Below, piece after piece: positions 13,067-25,900 of a stretch of 64,000 nucleotides of DNA. Below the pieces are notes generated by a model. The model was given only the letters and a program-made list of their open reading frames with translations, had not been told where the DNA came from and did not search any database. This DNA is from Paraspadella gotoi (Eukaryota; Animalia; Chaetognatha). The stretch is taken from positions 19,847,590 to 19,911,589 of the forward strand of contig CM119264.1 in assembly GCA_051294375.1 (NCBI GenBank), written 5' to 3'. The position numbers and the translations under genes were made by a program. Each line of letters begins with the position of its first letter. Position 1 is the first letter of the stretch.

Positions 13067-14674
13067 TGTTTTAGATAAAAAATTAAACATAGTATAGTAA
13101 ATAAATGAAACACGAAATGAAACTAATACATAAAAAAAACCGTCAAGTAGTTCTCCAACTAAGGATATACTTATAAATTTTATTTATTAAATATTTAAAG
13201 TATAGTAAATATTTTTTTGGTGTCACTCGCGAACGGACACGGGGTAGTATAATCAAGTCTGTAGAATTCGATGTTGATAAGCTTTTTTTTGTATCGTTTC
13301 ATCTTCTTTGTCGGAAATGGCGATTTTTGCAGAATTTAAGGTACTATTAAAATGGAGCAAATTTTGTAGAGTTTAAGAAACTCAAAGGTTCCGTGTACAA
13401 ACGTTGCATTTAGGAAAAAAACGACTCTTTCCAATATTGTTCAGTTGTTATTTATACTGTTGATTAACTTTGTACCACAACACAAATTAGGCCAAACGAA
13501 GGATTGTTTAGAAACATCTCCACCCGTTTCTAATGATAAAAGAGTAGCATTTTGGCAACTTTTAGGAAAAAAAATTATGTCCATTTTTGTCCATTTTTAC
13601 TTACGACTTCTGATTTGAATGCCAAGGACAGTTTAAATTTTTTTTTTTACTTTGGAAATCCGTTCTTTCTTATCTTCTTTACCCCTGGGTAAATTTATTA
13701 GCTTAAATCATTTATAGTTTGCCTATGAATTAATTTTAAAGTTAACAAGTCAAAAAGTTGCAGTTTCAGTCTTTATCATAATTTGTTAAACAAAAATAAA
13801 TTAAATTGATTGAAAGTAACAGATAATATAGCCTATTGAATAAGCTTTTAACACCTATAAAATTATCAAAGAAAACCTTTTTGGTTCAGCCACAAATAAT
13901 TTTTAAAGACGTCTTTTAATTTGGGACTTTTTGTGACTGGCATTTATTTTTGATAAAGATAATATTTTCAACTCATTTATTAGTTTTAAAAGGTGAGCTA
14001 CATACTGACCTTGATTAATAAAAAAAAACTGCATCCTTTTAAGCCAATGGAAAGCGTCAGGACTTTTTTTTTCAGAATCGACAGATTTTTCGGAAAAATT
14101 TTTTGCAAAATCTGTCGATTTACTAAATTTGCAAGGCAACCAAAATTGAAAGACAAATCATGCGCTACCGTTCATTTTCTTTCTTATAATGCATATTAAA
14201 GAATTTCTTTGATTTGGCTCAATGTAAATGTAGTGAGAGGGAAGACGAAAGGGAAAACTATAAAAGGAGAAGGGGAGAGAATGAAAGAGAGGGTGAAAGA
14301 CAAAAAAAGAAGGCAAATGGGGGAAAAAATAGTAAAACAATTGTAAGTTGAGAAAAGAGGGAAAAATGGAAAGAAAAAGAGGGGAAAGAAAGGGGAAGAA
14401 TGAAGATAATAAAAAGTGAGGAAAGTGCATGAGTGGCAGAAAAAGATAGGGGCCGAAAAATGGTAAGTGACAGCGTGAGAAGTAAGGGAGGAAAGAGGAA
14501 GAGGAAAATATAAAGAAAGAGAAGAAAATAGGTGAAGAAAAATATTCAGGAAAAGCGTATGAAGGAAAAAAAATTGTATCAGATAATGTGGCGTCTTACC
14601 TAAAATCTTTTGTGTCAGTCAAAGACATGAAGATTCTTATAAGGAATTCGATCTTTAAAAATTATCTATACCAT

Positions 14675-16066
14675 AACAAGTTTGAGCAAACAATGTCGGA
14701 TCTGCCTACGAAAATTAATTAATTAATTAATCGATTAATCAATTAATTAATTAATTTTAATATTTAATAATTAATTATAAATTTATATACAACTTATCAT
14801 CATCGATGTCCTTAAAATAAAGTAAATGTGACTTATATTTTTTCCATTTAAACCCACTGGCACAATTCCGTCAAAACTTTATATCTAGCTTCTTCACAAA
14901 CTTTCCTTCCCGCTAACAAAATTTCATCTCAATCTATTAGGGGTTAAAATAAGTAAAAAGAGTCAAGTAAATGTGACTCATATTTTTTTCATTTAAACTC
15001 ATTTCCAGTCGTACCGAAACTTTATATCAAGCTTCGTCACACATTTTTCTACCCACACAAAATTTGAACTTGTTTTTTTCCATTTAAACTCATTTCCACT
15101 CAAACGATTCCATCGAAACTTGGTTTCCTGTTCAATCACACACTTTCCTACTCACATACAAAATTCCAGGTCAATCGCCCCATCCACTCATGAGCAATTG
15201 GTGTTCAAATAGTGAAATATATTTTTTTGGTTTTTTCCATTTAAACTCATTTTCACTTGGACGATTCCATCGAAACTTAATATCCAGCTCAATCACACAC
15301 TTCCCTACCCACACACATAATTTCATTCAAATCTATCCATCCAATCACGAGTAATTGGTGTTTTTTGCTAAGGTGGGACAGACGGACGGACGGATGGACC
15401 ACTCTGAAGCTATAGTAAGGTGGACAGCAGAAAATTTCATACAGCCTCGCTAACCAACTTGTAACCACACACTGAAGCCATAGTTAAGAGTGGACAGCAG
15501 AAAATTTCATACAGCCTCGCCTAACCAGCTGTAACCACTACACTCTGAAGCCATAGTAAGGTGGACAGCAGGAAAATTTCATAACAGCCTCGCTAACCAA
15601 CTGTAACCACTACACTCTGAAGCCATAGTAAGTGGACAGCAGAAAATTTCATACAGCCTCCTAACCAGCTGTAACCACTACACTCTGAAGCCATAGTAAG
15701 GTGGATGCAGAAAATTTCATACAGCTTCGCTAACCAACTGTAACCACTTACACTCTGAAGCCATAGTAGTGGACAGCAGAAAATTTCATACAGCCTCGCT
15801 AACCAGCTGTAACCACTACACTCTGAAGTCAACCATAAGGTGGACAGCAGAAAATTTCATACAGCCTCGCTAACCAGCTGTAACCACTATAGCGGACGGA
15901 CGGACGGACGGATGATGGACAGACAGACGGACGAACATCATTTTTTTTGCATAATTTATCATAATTCGATGTTCTGACATGATATAAGTTAGTGCCCGAC
16001 AATATTGAGGGGGCGGACCGACGGACCGACAAAGTGAATTATAGAGTCGGGATCTGCTGACAAGCA
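14675..16066 (-). mobile_element. HINE-like element, complete, with an inserted 70-nt array
   Basis: 3' end aacaagtttgagcaaacaatgtcggatctgc, head at 16020-16066. Confidence 0.7.
15399..15889. repeat. Tandem array, 7 x ~70 nt
   Basis: Unit cactctgaagccatagtaaggtggacagcagaaaatttcatacagcctcgctaacca(a/g)ctgtaaccacta. Confidence 0.9.
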
Positions 16067-17302
16067 GTTAATGAGATTAGATAAACAATCATTGAAGAAA
16101 TCATGTCTTACCATATTTTGAACTCATAGAAATTTACCTGGGAAGTTCTAAGTGATAAGAAGGAGATAACTTGAGACTACCATTTTTTTAAGCTTCATAC
16201 TAACCAATGAGATAAAGAAAGATGGTAATTATGGAAGTTCAGATTTTGTTGTCTAAAAGAGTCTGATTGTATGCGAAACCTGAATTATTAAAATTTTATA
16301 AAAACTGTATTTAGCTTACATAATATATAAATAAAAATCTATATAAATATTTTGGTAAGTTTATTTATAAATTTCATATTTTATTAACTGTTTGTTAGCT
16401 ATATTTATTAATAAATAATAATAAAATTAAAAAGGATTTGTCTCTTACTTTCTCTACTATGAGCATTTTTCCTTTATTTTCTATAGAAATTTGCTCTTCT
16501 GTCTGCACCCACTAGATCTTCACTTGCATTGCTTTACACAAAAGCAAATTTTTATTTGTTTTAGTCTTAATAAACCAGAGGGCGGTACAAACAAAAGAGC
16601 ATTTTTAAAACTAATAATAATATCCACCAAAGGTGTTAATCTTTTTTTAAATAACTTTTATTTGTGTTTTTACCCTATTCTACAAAGAAGGAAGCTTTTT
16701 GTAAGACAAAGGGACATTCAAAATAAACTTTATCTGCACCCACTAGATCTTTACTTGCAACTGCTCTTCAAAAAAATAACAATTTTTTTGAAAAATTTAA
16801 AAAAATCTTAAAACATTTTTTTTTATATTTTTTAAAAAATATTTTTCTCTTATTCTATTTTATTTTAATCTATTTTTTATTTTACGTATTAATCAAAGAA
16901 TTTTAATCATATATAAAATATCGAAATAAAAATCATATTACATTGATTTATAAAATAGTTTTGCAAGTAGCAAAATGTTATTAGTGCCGCAATAACAGTT
17001 CACTTTGAGCCCTTGAAAGTGATTTACATGTATTGGCGCCGCCACTGGTTAATCAAAGGGCTGATCACTATGATATTGATTGAAATGACCTCTTCAATGG
17101 CCGCCTTTTGCCTTAATTTGTCAATGCCATCTGAGCACAAATCTATCACAATTATTAATTTTGAAAAAAATTATTCTGTATTTCAATTTTTTAAAAAAAT
17201 GTTTTAATTAGAAAATACTTTTCAACTAGAACTATAGAAGATTTAGTATGTTTGAAATTTGATTATAATTATGATTAAATTATTTTTCTTTTTTAAATAC
17301 AG

Positions 17303-17578
17303 AACAAAGTTTTCCTTCAAAGAATCTTGATGACCAAACAGTTCCAGCGAATACAGATGTTGAACTTACTTGTGAGATACCTGATGATCCTGGAGTAAAA
17401 ACTCAATGGTATAAAGATGGGGTACCTATACAATTATCTGATGAAAAATATGAAGAAAAAATAATAGGCAATAAAAGAACGCTCATAGTGAAAAGTGCTG
17501 ATAAACAAGATCAAGGAACTTTTACTTGCGAAACTCCTAAGTTCAAGTCGTCAGCAAAACTAGAAGTAACAAATGAAG
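17303..17578 (+). CDS. Titin-like protein, Ig I-set exon (type a, copy 2); absent from the ORF track
   Basis: tacAG|...|GTAAGT, 276 nt; QSFPSKNLDDQTVPANTDVELTCEIPDDPGVKTQWYKDG...DQGTFTCETPKFKSSAKLEV, a paralog of 9145-9420. Confidence 0.9.
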
Positions 17579-17691
17579 GTAAGTGATGGTTGTAAACTTG
17601 AATATTAATAATATTTTTGATTATCTTTCTTTCTTTCTTTTGTGTTTGGAGCCCTTAAAGTCCTGAAAACAAAATTCTATTTTGTGTACAT

Positions 17692-17728
17692 ACGGATATG
17701 TTTCGGCTCTTGTTGAGCATAATCAGTG
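17692..17728 (-). ncRNA. Degenerate hammerhead motif in the intron between Ig exons
   Basis: CUGAUUA u gcuc-aacaa-gagc c GAAA CAUAUC. Confidence 0.5.
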
Positions 17729-17871
17729 AAAAAATACTGAAAAATTGATTTTCATATTTTTGTTCATAAATCATTTATTTTCATCTTTTTGTCCATAAAT
17801 AAATCGTTGTCTTAAAAAAAAATAAAACTTTGATATTCTGCCTCGGATTACTAAAATATATTTTTTTGTAG

Positions 17872-18141
17872 TTCTTGCTCCATTGGAACCATTAGAGGAT
17901 GCATCAGAAATGGTTGGGGGATCAGTCGAGTTTAAGTGCAAGTTACCAATAAAAGAAGCTCCTATTGAGTGGATACATAATGGTCAAAAAATAGATCTCA
18001 TCAAATATCCTGAAAAATATGAAGTGATAACCGACGGAATATATAGAATATTAAGAATTAAAAATTTAGAAGGACATGAAAAAGGCACTATTGGAATTAA
18101 ACTTGGAGATGATATTCAGACTGCAAGACTGGAGATTCGAG
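17872..18141 (+). CDS. Titin-like protein, Ig I-set exon (type b, copy 2)
   Basis: ttttgtAG|...|GTAAG, 270 nt, paralog of 9491-9760. Confidence 0.9.
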
Positions 18142-18170
18142 GTAAGAGATGAAATTATTTTAGTGTTTTA

Positions 18171-19410
18171 GTCGGATCTGCTTATCAGCAGATCCGGAGT
18201 CTATAATTCACTTTGTCGGTCCGTCGGTCCGCCCCCTCAATATTGTCGTGCACTAACTTATATCATGTCAGAACATCGAATTATGATAAATTATGCAAAA
18301 AAATGATGGCAGTCCGTCCGTCCGTCCCTCCCACCTTAGCAAAAAACACCAATTACTCGTGATTGGATGGATGGATGGATGGATGGATGGATTTGAATAA
18401 AATTTTGTGTGTGGGTAGGAAAGTGTGTGATTGAGCTGGATATGAATTAGATAGAATCGTCCAAGTGGAAATGAGTTTAAATGAAAAAAACAAAAAAATA
18501 TATTTCACTATTTGAACACCAATTGCTCATGAGTGAATGGGGCGATTGACCTGGAATTTTGGATTTGGGTAGGAAAGTGTGTGACTGAACAGGAAATCAA
18601 GTTTCGATAGAATAGTTTGAGTGGAAATCAGTTTAAATGGAAAAAAAAACCTGTTTCACTAACTGATTATGCTTCTTTTTTTATATTAATGTATATGCAG
18701 GATGTATATAAATAATTAATCAGTTTATTAATCAATTAGTCAATTAATTAATCAATAATTAATTAATCAGTCAATCAATCCGTCCATCCGTCCCACCTTA
18801 GCAAAAAGCTCTAATATTAATAACTCGTGATAACCTGGTTGGATTGGATGAAATTTTGTGTGTGGGTAGGAAAGTGTGTGATAAAGCTGGATATAAAGTT
18901 TCGATGGAATCGTTTGAGTGGAAATGAGTTTAAATGGAAAAAACATAAGTCGCATTAACTAAATTTTTTTTACTTATTTTAACCAATAAATACTCTAATT
19001 ACTCACAATTGGATGGATAGATTGAGTACAAATTTTGTGTGTGGGTAGGAAAGTGTGTGACGAAGTTTGATATAGAGCTTTGGTACGAGTGGAAATGAGT
19101 TTAAATGAAAAAAATATGAGTCACATTTACTTGAATCTTTTTACTTATTTTAACCCATAATAGATTAAGATGAAATTTTGTGAGCGGGTAGGAAAGTGTG
19201 TGAAGAAGCTAGATATAAAGTTTTGACGGAATTGTGCCAATGGAAATGAGTTTAAATGGAAAAAAACATAAGTCACATTTACTTGAATCTTTATTATTTA
19301 TGATTACTAATAAATGTTTTAATTAATTAATTAATTAATGTGAAAAAATGATGCAATTTAAAAAAAATATGCAAGTTGAAAAAATGATGCAAGTTATAAA
19401 AATCTTAAAA
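18171..19410 (+). mobile_element. HINE-like element followed by a ~22-nt minisatellite (19430-19660)
   Basis: Head hairpin gtcggatctgcttatcagcagatccg. Confidence 0.65.
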
Positions 19411-19702
19411 GAATAGGATCTCGCCGACCTTCAATGATAACCAAATATTGATGCGATGAAAACCTAAGGATTGATGCGATGATAACCAAATGATTGATGA
19501 GATGATAATCAAATATTGATGCGATGATAACCTATAATTGATGCGATGATAACCAAATGATTGATGTGATAATAACCAAATGATTGATGCGATGATAGTC
19601 ATTCATTGATGTGATGATAATCATTCATTGATACGATGATAGTCATTCATTGACGCAATGAATCATTCATCATAAATAAAACAAACAAATGCATGTATGA
19701 GT

Positions 19703-19742
<40 letters not shown>

Positions 19743-20431
19743 AAGAGAATAAATCCACGAAAATCTCGGATGTAAATTTGGGATTTTGCATTGAGAAAAA
19801 AGCGCAGAAAAAATGGCGATAATAAAAGTTTTTAAAAGGAAAAAAATAATCAAAATTTTTCAAAAAACGATCACGCACAGAGAGAGGGAAAGAGACAGAG
19901 ACAGAGAGAGAGAGAAAGAGAAAGAAAGAGACAGACAGAGAGAGAAAGAGAGAAAGCGGGACAGCCGCTGGAAGGCAGTTGTACAATCACTGCAGAGCCT
20001 AAACTCGTTTTTAAAGGGTTCAGAAGAGCCAGCAACTGATAAAAATAAGAAGAATAATACATATATAATTTAAAGAAATAAAAGAAAGGAAAAAAATGTT
20101 ACAATTGTTTACAATTGGAAATTGTTACAATTTTTTCCAATCATAGCTTGTAAAAGATTTTATTTTTATTTGTATTAAAATTAAGATATAGCTTCTCATT
20201 AAAAAGGTCCTTTGATTTCCCATTTTTATTATACATTTAAAAAAAAAATTTTGAATTTCGGACCTTTCGTACCTGGCGAAGCAAAAACCCCAATCCCTCG
20301 TGCGTCCCTACCCCAACCCTCACCATAATTAGGGCTTCCTGTCTATTTCCAAGCCCATATACCTACTATACTATACAATACATTACACAGACTCTCCAGA
20401 TGTAAAAATTTGAAAATTTTTCTTGTTGCAG

Positions 20432-20494
20432 ATGTGAACAAGATCGAAAATCCTATTTTACCGGAGAAAACCGTGCAACAACATCATGAAAAAG
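20432..20494 (+). CDS. Small linker exon (VNKIENPILPEKTVQQHHEK)
   Basis: ttcttgttgcAG|...|GTGAGA, 63 nt, open, phase 1-1 like its neighbours. Confidence 0.65.
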
Positions 20495-21052
20495 GTGAGA
20501 ATATTTTAAATAGTTTTTTCACAAAAAGTTACCTGCAATTATAATTATTAAGTATGAGTATGGTAAAATAATTGGGTACAAAAATAAAAATTAAGACTTC
20601 GTTAAAATATTTATTTTGAAGAGACAGTGATAATTGTTGTGTGATAGTGACAGAACCGTTCAATATAAGCAGTCCCTTAGCTTTGGATTTTATCTCTTAT
20701 TACTTCATATTTTTGAACTAATTTAATAATATCTCAGTCAGTTTTACTACTTTTAATATTCAAATATTTTGACTACACGTAGGTTAGAAAATAGAGCAGA
20801 CCTAAAGCTCCAAGAATGCCTGAAGAAATAGAAGAAGCCTTTTTCTGCAGCAACACCCCTTCAAAAAAGAAAACCTTTTTACTTATTAAAATATTTTTTT
20901 GATACCTAAAGAGTAGTAATCATAATTTATTTATTTTTTGAAAAGAAAAAAAATTCTAGCTGCGACATGCTTTTCCTATTTTTTAACTACAGAAGTTGAC
21001 CAAACCATGCCTATAGAATAGAAAATAGAATGCATGCTCCCTAAATGTTTTA

Positions 21053-21650
21053 GCCAGATCTGCTTACAGCAGATTCCGGCTCTATAATCCACTTTGTCGG
21101 TCCGTCGTTCCCACCGCAAAATATTATCGGTTAGTCACTTAGATCGTCAGATCATCAAATTATGATAAATTATGAAAAAAAAATAAAAATTTAGTGTGTG
21201 TATAAAAAGGTGTATAGTTAAGCTGGAAATCAAGTTTCAATGGAATCGTCCAAGAGGAAATTACACAATTGAAGTTTTTTTTTCTTTTGAGATGGAGGCA
21301 ATTACAAAATTTTATGTCAATCGTTCCATCCATAATTGGCGTTCAAATAGTTAAATATATTTTTTGGTTTTTTGCATTAAACTCTTTTCCACTCACACGA
21401 TTCCATCGAAACTTGATATCTAGCTCAATCACACACTTCCCTACCCACTCACAAAATTTCATTCCAATCCATCCATCCAATCACAAGTATTTAAAGTTTT
21501 TTGCTAAGGTTGGACAGACGGACGGACGGACATCATTTTTTTTTGCATAATTTATCATAATTCAATGTTCTGACATGATATATGTGAATGCCCGACAAGA
21601 TTGAGGGGGCGGACTGATGGACCGACAAAGTAAATTATAGATTCGGAATT
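21053..21650. mobile_element. Two HINE-like heads in inverted orientation
   Basis: + head 21053-21260, - head 21310-21650. Confidence 0.6.
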
Positions 21651-21680
21651 TTTAGTTTCTTTAATTTTTAATTTTTAGAA

Positions 21681-22874
21681 AGATCTGCTTATAAGCAGAT
21701 TCCGACTCTATAACACACCTTGTCGGTCCATCGTTCACACCCCAAAATCTTGTCGGTAAATCATTTATATCATATCAGAACATCGAATTATGATAAATTA
21801 TGCAAACAAATTATGTCCGTCCTTCCGTCTGTCTGTCTGAAGGTCCGTCCCACCTTTTCATTACTTGTGATTGGATGGATGGATTCGAATAAAATTTTGT
21901 GTGTGGGTAGGCAACTGTGTGATTGAGCTGGATATAAAGTTTGAATTGAAATGAATTTAAATGGACAAAACAAAAGTCATATTTACTTGAATTATTTTTA
22001 CTCATATTTACTCATAATTATGATATTCATTAAAATTTGGATAGATAAATTAAATTGAAGTTTTGTGTGTGGGTAGGAAAGTATGTGGGCCTTTTTAATC
22101 ATCGAAGCCCCCTTTCTGTATATCTCTCTCTTGCTGGATGACAGGAGTCAAGATCGGGATCGACAAAAACTACAACGATAATTTGAACGATGGATTATTT
22201 GTTTAGGGTTTTTGTTAGAGATAAGGTTAGATTAGGGGATAGGAATTAGGGTTGGGATTAGGGTTAGGGATTAACATTAGGGATGGGATTAGGGGTTAGG
22301 GTACTTTTTCCCTATGCTACTTTTCAACAAAAAAATTCTGGCTTGCTGTGTGACTCAACAAGAGAAAGTATTCACATATAAACAACGACGATAATTTGAA
22401 CAATGGAAAAAGCAGTTGCGACCGTGAGAGCAACGACAAAAGGAGTGACACATGAAGCGACGATGGAAGGAGCAAAAGAAATGAGTTTTGTGCGTGTGTT
22501 TGAGTCCGCTGCTTCAGGAGCCGCAGCAAGGGGGCTTTGATGAAAAAAAATGAAAAAATAAGAAATAAAATTTTAAAAAACGTAAACAAAAAAAGTTAGA
22601 AAGAAACATGATGTATATGGTATAAATGATAAGACATTGCCTTTTAGATAAAATGATAATAACTAAAAAAATTTTAAAAAAAGAATATGTATTGAGGCAA
22701 CAAAACAAAACAAAACAAAAAAAGACAAGCAAATAAGTATAAAAAAGTTTAATTTATAAATATTGATAGTAAATTGTATTAAATAAAAAAAAGTATAAAA
22801 TAAATCAAAAATTATCTGATTAGCTGATTAGAACTAAATGATCGTAGGCAGATCCGGCATTGCTCAAACTTGTT
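21681..22874 (+). mobile_element. HINE-like element with internal insert 22099-22543
   Basis: Head at 21681; 3' end gcagatccggcattgctcaaacttgtt. Confidence 0.6.
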
Positions 22875-22970
22875 AAAATAAAATTTCTTTTCTTAAATCA
22901 ATATATTTTTTTCAGATAATACTAATTCTGATATATAAAAACAATTAATAACTGAATGCTTTTTTTTCAG

Positions 22971-25900
22971 AAACTCTGAGTGTCGACTTTACTCAAGAAA
23001 TTGGGAATAAACAAAATGATCAGCTTGGAAACGAGCTTACAGGGTCAACTTCTTATAACCAATTGAATTGTATCTCATCTATAACAAATATCTCTAGTAG
23101 CAAAGGTTTGAAAAGCATGAATACAACTTTGGAGTTAAAAAAACTCCCAACAGGTATATCAAGTGCCCCCAAAAAGAAAAATACACCAAAATTATTTAAT
23201 AAAGCATTTAGCGATACTGAAGGAGAAATTTATATTGCCAAAAATTTTGAATATGAAAGAAAAAAAGGAATTCAGAATAATGAAACTTTAATTGGGAAAT
23301 CAATTGGAAATCAAAAAGATGTAAAATCTGATTGTGAGAATAATACAAATGTAAATACTAATGAAACATATAGTATAAATGAGGAAATAAAAAACCAAAA
23401 CGTGAATAATAGAAATTTTGAGCAAAAAATAACTAAAAATAATTTCGAAAATGGTGAAACAAATTTTAAAAAGGATGAAGCAGATTGCAGTATAGAATCT
23501 TTTCTAGAAAATAATATTGATATTAATCGATGCAACGAAAACAAAAGCCTCAGCATTAAGTATGAAGATTTATTTAATAACCATTCTGATTCGATAATTA
23601 AGCTGGACAAAGATAAACCTTATTTTGCTAAAATACATGAATACTTACCAACCAAATCAAACTTTGAAGAAAGTTTTAGCTCTTTGTCAATTGACCAACC
23701 AAATAGAATTCAAGCGATTCTTACAGATTTCAACAAGACTTTGCAAATCCCTGTTGAAGAATTTGTCATAAATAAATTAATCCCAAAGAAAAAAGTAGTA
23801 GATCCTTATGATTTACGAAATATATGCAAAAGTGCCCTTAAATCAGCAATAGTACCTATAAAATGTGGAAATCTAGGTGTTGAATTATTTAAATTAGATG
23901 ATTCAAAATTCGTAAATACTTTTTTTTCAAGTTTGTGCAAAATAAAAGCAGTACCAGACAAAGACACAATAAAAGAATCAATATCATCTTTAATTAGAAA
24001 TCCTCCTGATTCACTTGAGGACTTATATAAAAAAGTTGGTTTTCAAGATTTTGTAGTAAAACAGTGGCCTCTTGAAAACACAAATTCTTATTCGTCTGGT
24101 AAGAAAGCTGAGATACCTCATCATAACCTAAACGATATAAGCTCAGAATTTGAAAATGCTTTCTTTGTTACACCTTCACTGGAAGAGACTGACCGTGATC
24201 TAGATCTCAATACAGAAAATAATAATAAAACAAATAAATCAGTTAAGATTCAGGATGAAGAAAAAATTAAAAAAGACGAAATGAGCATAAACAATTTTGA
24301 ACCTGAATATAAAATAGATTTTCCTTTTGCAGGAAAAACATCTAAACCGAAACCACAGACTGAAGATAAAAATTTGACTATACCAAATACTGGAGAAGAA
24401 TATAAAAATAAAACATATATGCTAAAGACTAAAAAAACAGATCAAACTTATGAAAAAAATTTAGATTCTAAGAATATTCTTCAACTAAAAAAAACAGATT
24501 ATTCAAATTTGGAGCAGAAAAACAAAGCACTAGAAAAGGATAAAGAAGAAGGAGAAAATAAAGGCAATAGATACAATAATATTTCCTTAGCAAATGATAA
24601 GCTTCATACTATTGAAAAAATTCTTAAGGATTATGAAAAAGCACCAAAAGTAACTTCTATTGAGGCATTTGTGATAGATAATATATTTTCAAATAAAAAA
24701 ACTAATGATCCTTGTGGGTTTCTTACTATGTACAAGCAAGCTCTTAAAAACTCATTGGTTCCTATTACATCTGACCTAAAAAGTACTTCAACTTCATTTC
24801 AAAATAATCAGTCATATGAGTTAAAGAAAAACAAATTTATTGAAGATTTTTTTTTAAATCTAAGTAAAACTAAATTTATTGAGAATAAAGGGAAATTAAA
24901 TGAAACTTTGTCCTCCTTAATAGAAAATCCCCCAAATTCAGTTGAAGCAATATATGAAAGACTTAATTTGCAAGGGAAGAGAGAACAAAAAATTCTTGAA
25001 AAAACTGAATCTGATAATTCAATAAATAAAAGCTCTGTTGAAATAAAAGAGATACAGGACAAACCTGAAGTTATATCTGTTATTCAGGGAACTGAAAAAA
25101 AATCAGATAATTTTAGAGCAAATAATTTTATTAACCAAAAAGGGATAGAGGACCAACCTCATAATGTATCAAAAACAAAAAAAAAGGAAAAAAATCTAAT
25201 TGACTTTGAGTCTAAAATGAAAAAAGCTTCCCTTAACATGCCTACAGTCGAAGAAACACAAACTGACAAAATAGGCCTTCATACAGAGAGCAGTCAAAAT
25301 GAAAAATCCCGTGAAAAATTTCTTAAAAAAAAATACATACATCAAGTCACGTTTAGACAAAAAGTTAATGGAAACGCTGAATCAGGTATAATAGATGATA
25401 TAAATTATGTTAGGGAAAATGAACCTCAGATTAAGTCGATTTCTAATGAAACTAAAAACAGTTTTAAAAAGGTGAGTGACTATCAAAACAATTTAAAAAA
25501 GATTATTGCTGATGAACCTTCTGAATTAAAACGAAATAGTTATAAAAATAAAATTAAGGAGAAAATAAATCCTATTTTAAAGGGAAAAAAAAAAGATAAA
25601 TGTTCCAAAAAACTAAATGATCTTGGGCTAGATATAACAAAATGTGATATTATTGAAAGCTCCCCAGAAAAATTAATAAAAAAGGAGGAGACCTGTAAAA
25701 AATCTAAAGCATATAATATATTGAAGTCTAAGTTAACTGAAGATACTTCAGTTAATAAGAACACTCCAAGAGATGCAACTATAAATTTTAAACTTGAATT
25801 AAATGAAGTTTCTTTAGATGTACCTAAAGCCAAATCAAATTCTCATTCCAACAATGACTACCTTTTCAAGAAAAATAATAACCAAAATTCAAATAAAAGA

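Larger units (their letters stand above)
11910..13244. mobile_element. TA-TSD MITE hosting a PLE-like insertion
   Basis: Perfect TIR ccccgtgtccgttcgcgagtgacaccaaaaaaata; empty site near 36917. Confidence 0.85.

Noticed and set aside
15399-15889. CRISPR array or tandem hammerheads (ctgaag...gaaa)
   Set aside because: There are no unique spacers or cas genes and the context is eukaryotic; the core reads CUGAAGC with no proper stem I or stem II-GAAA junction
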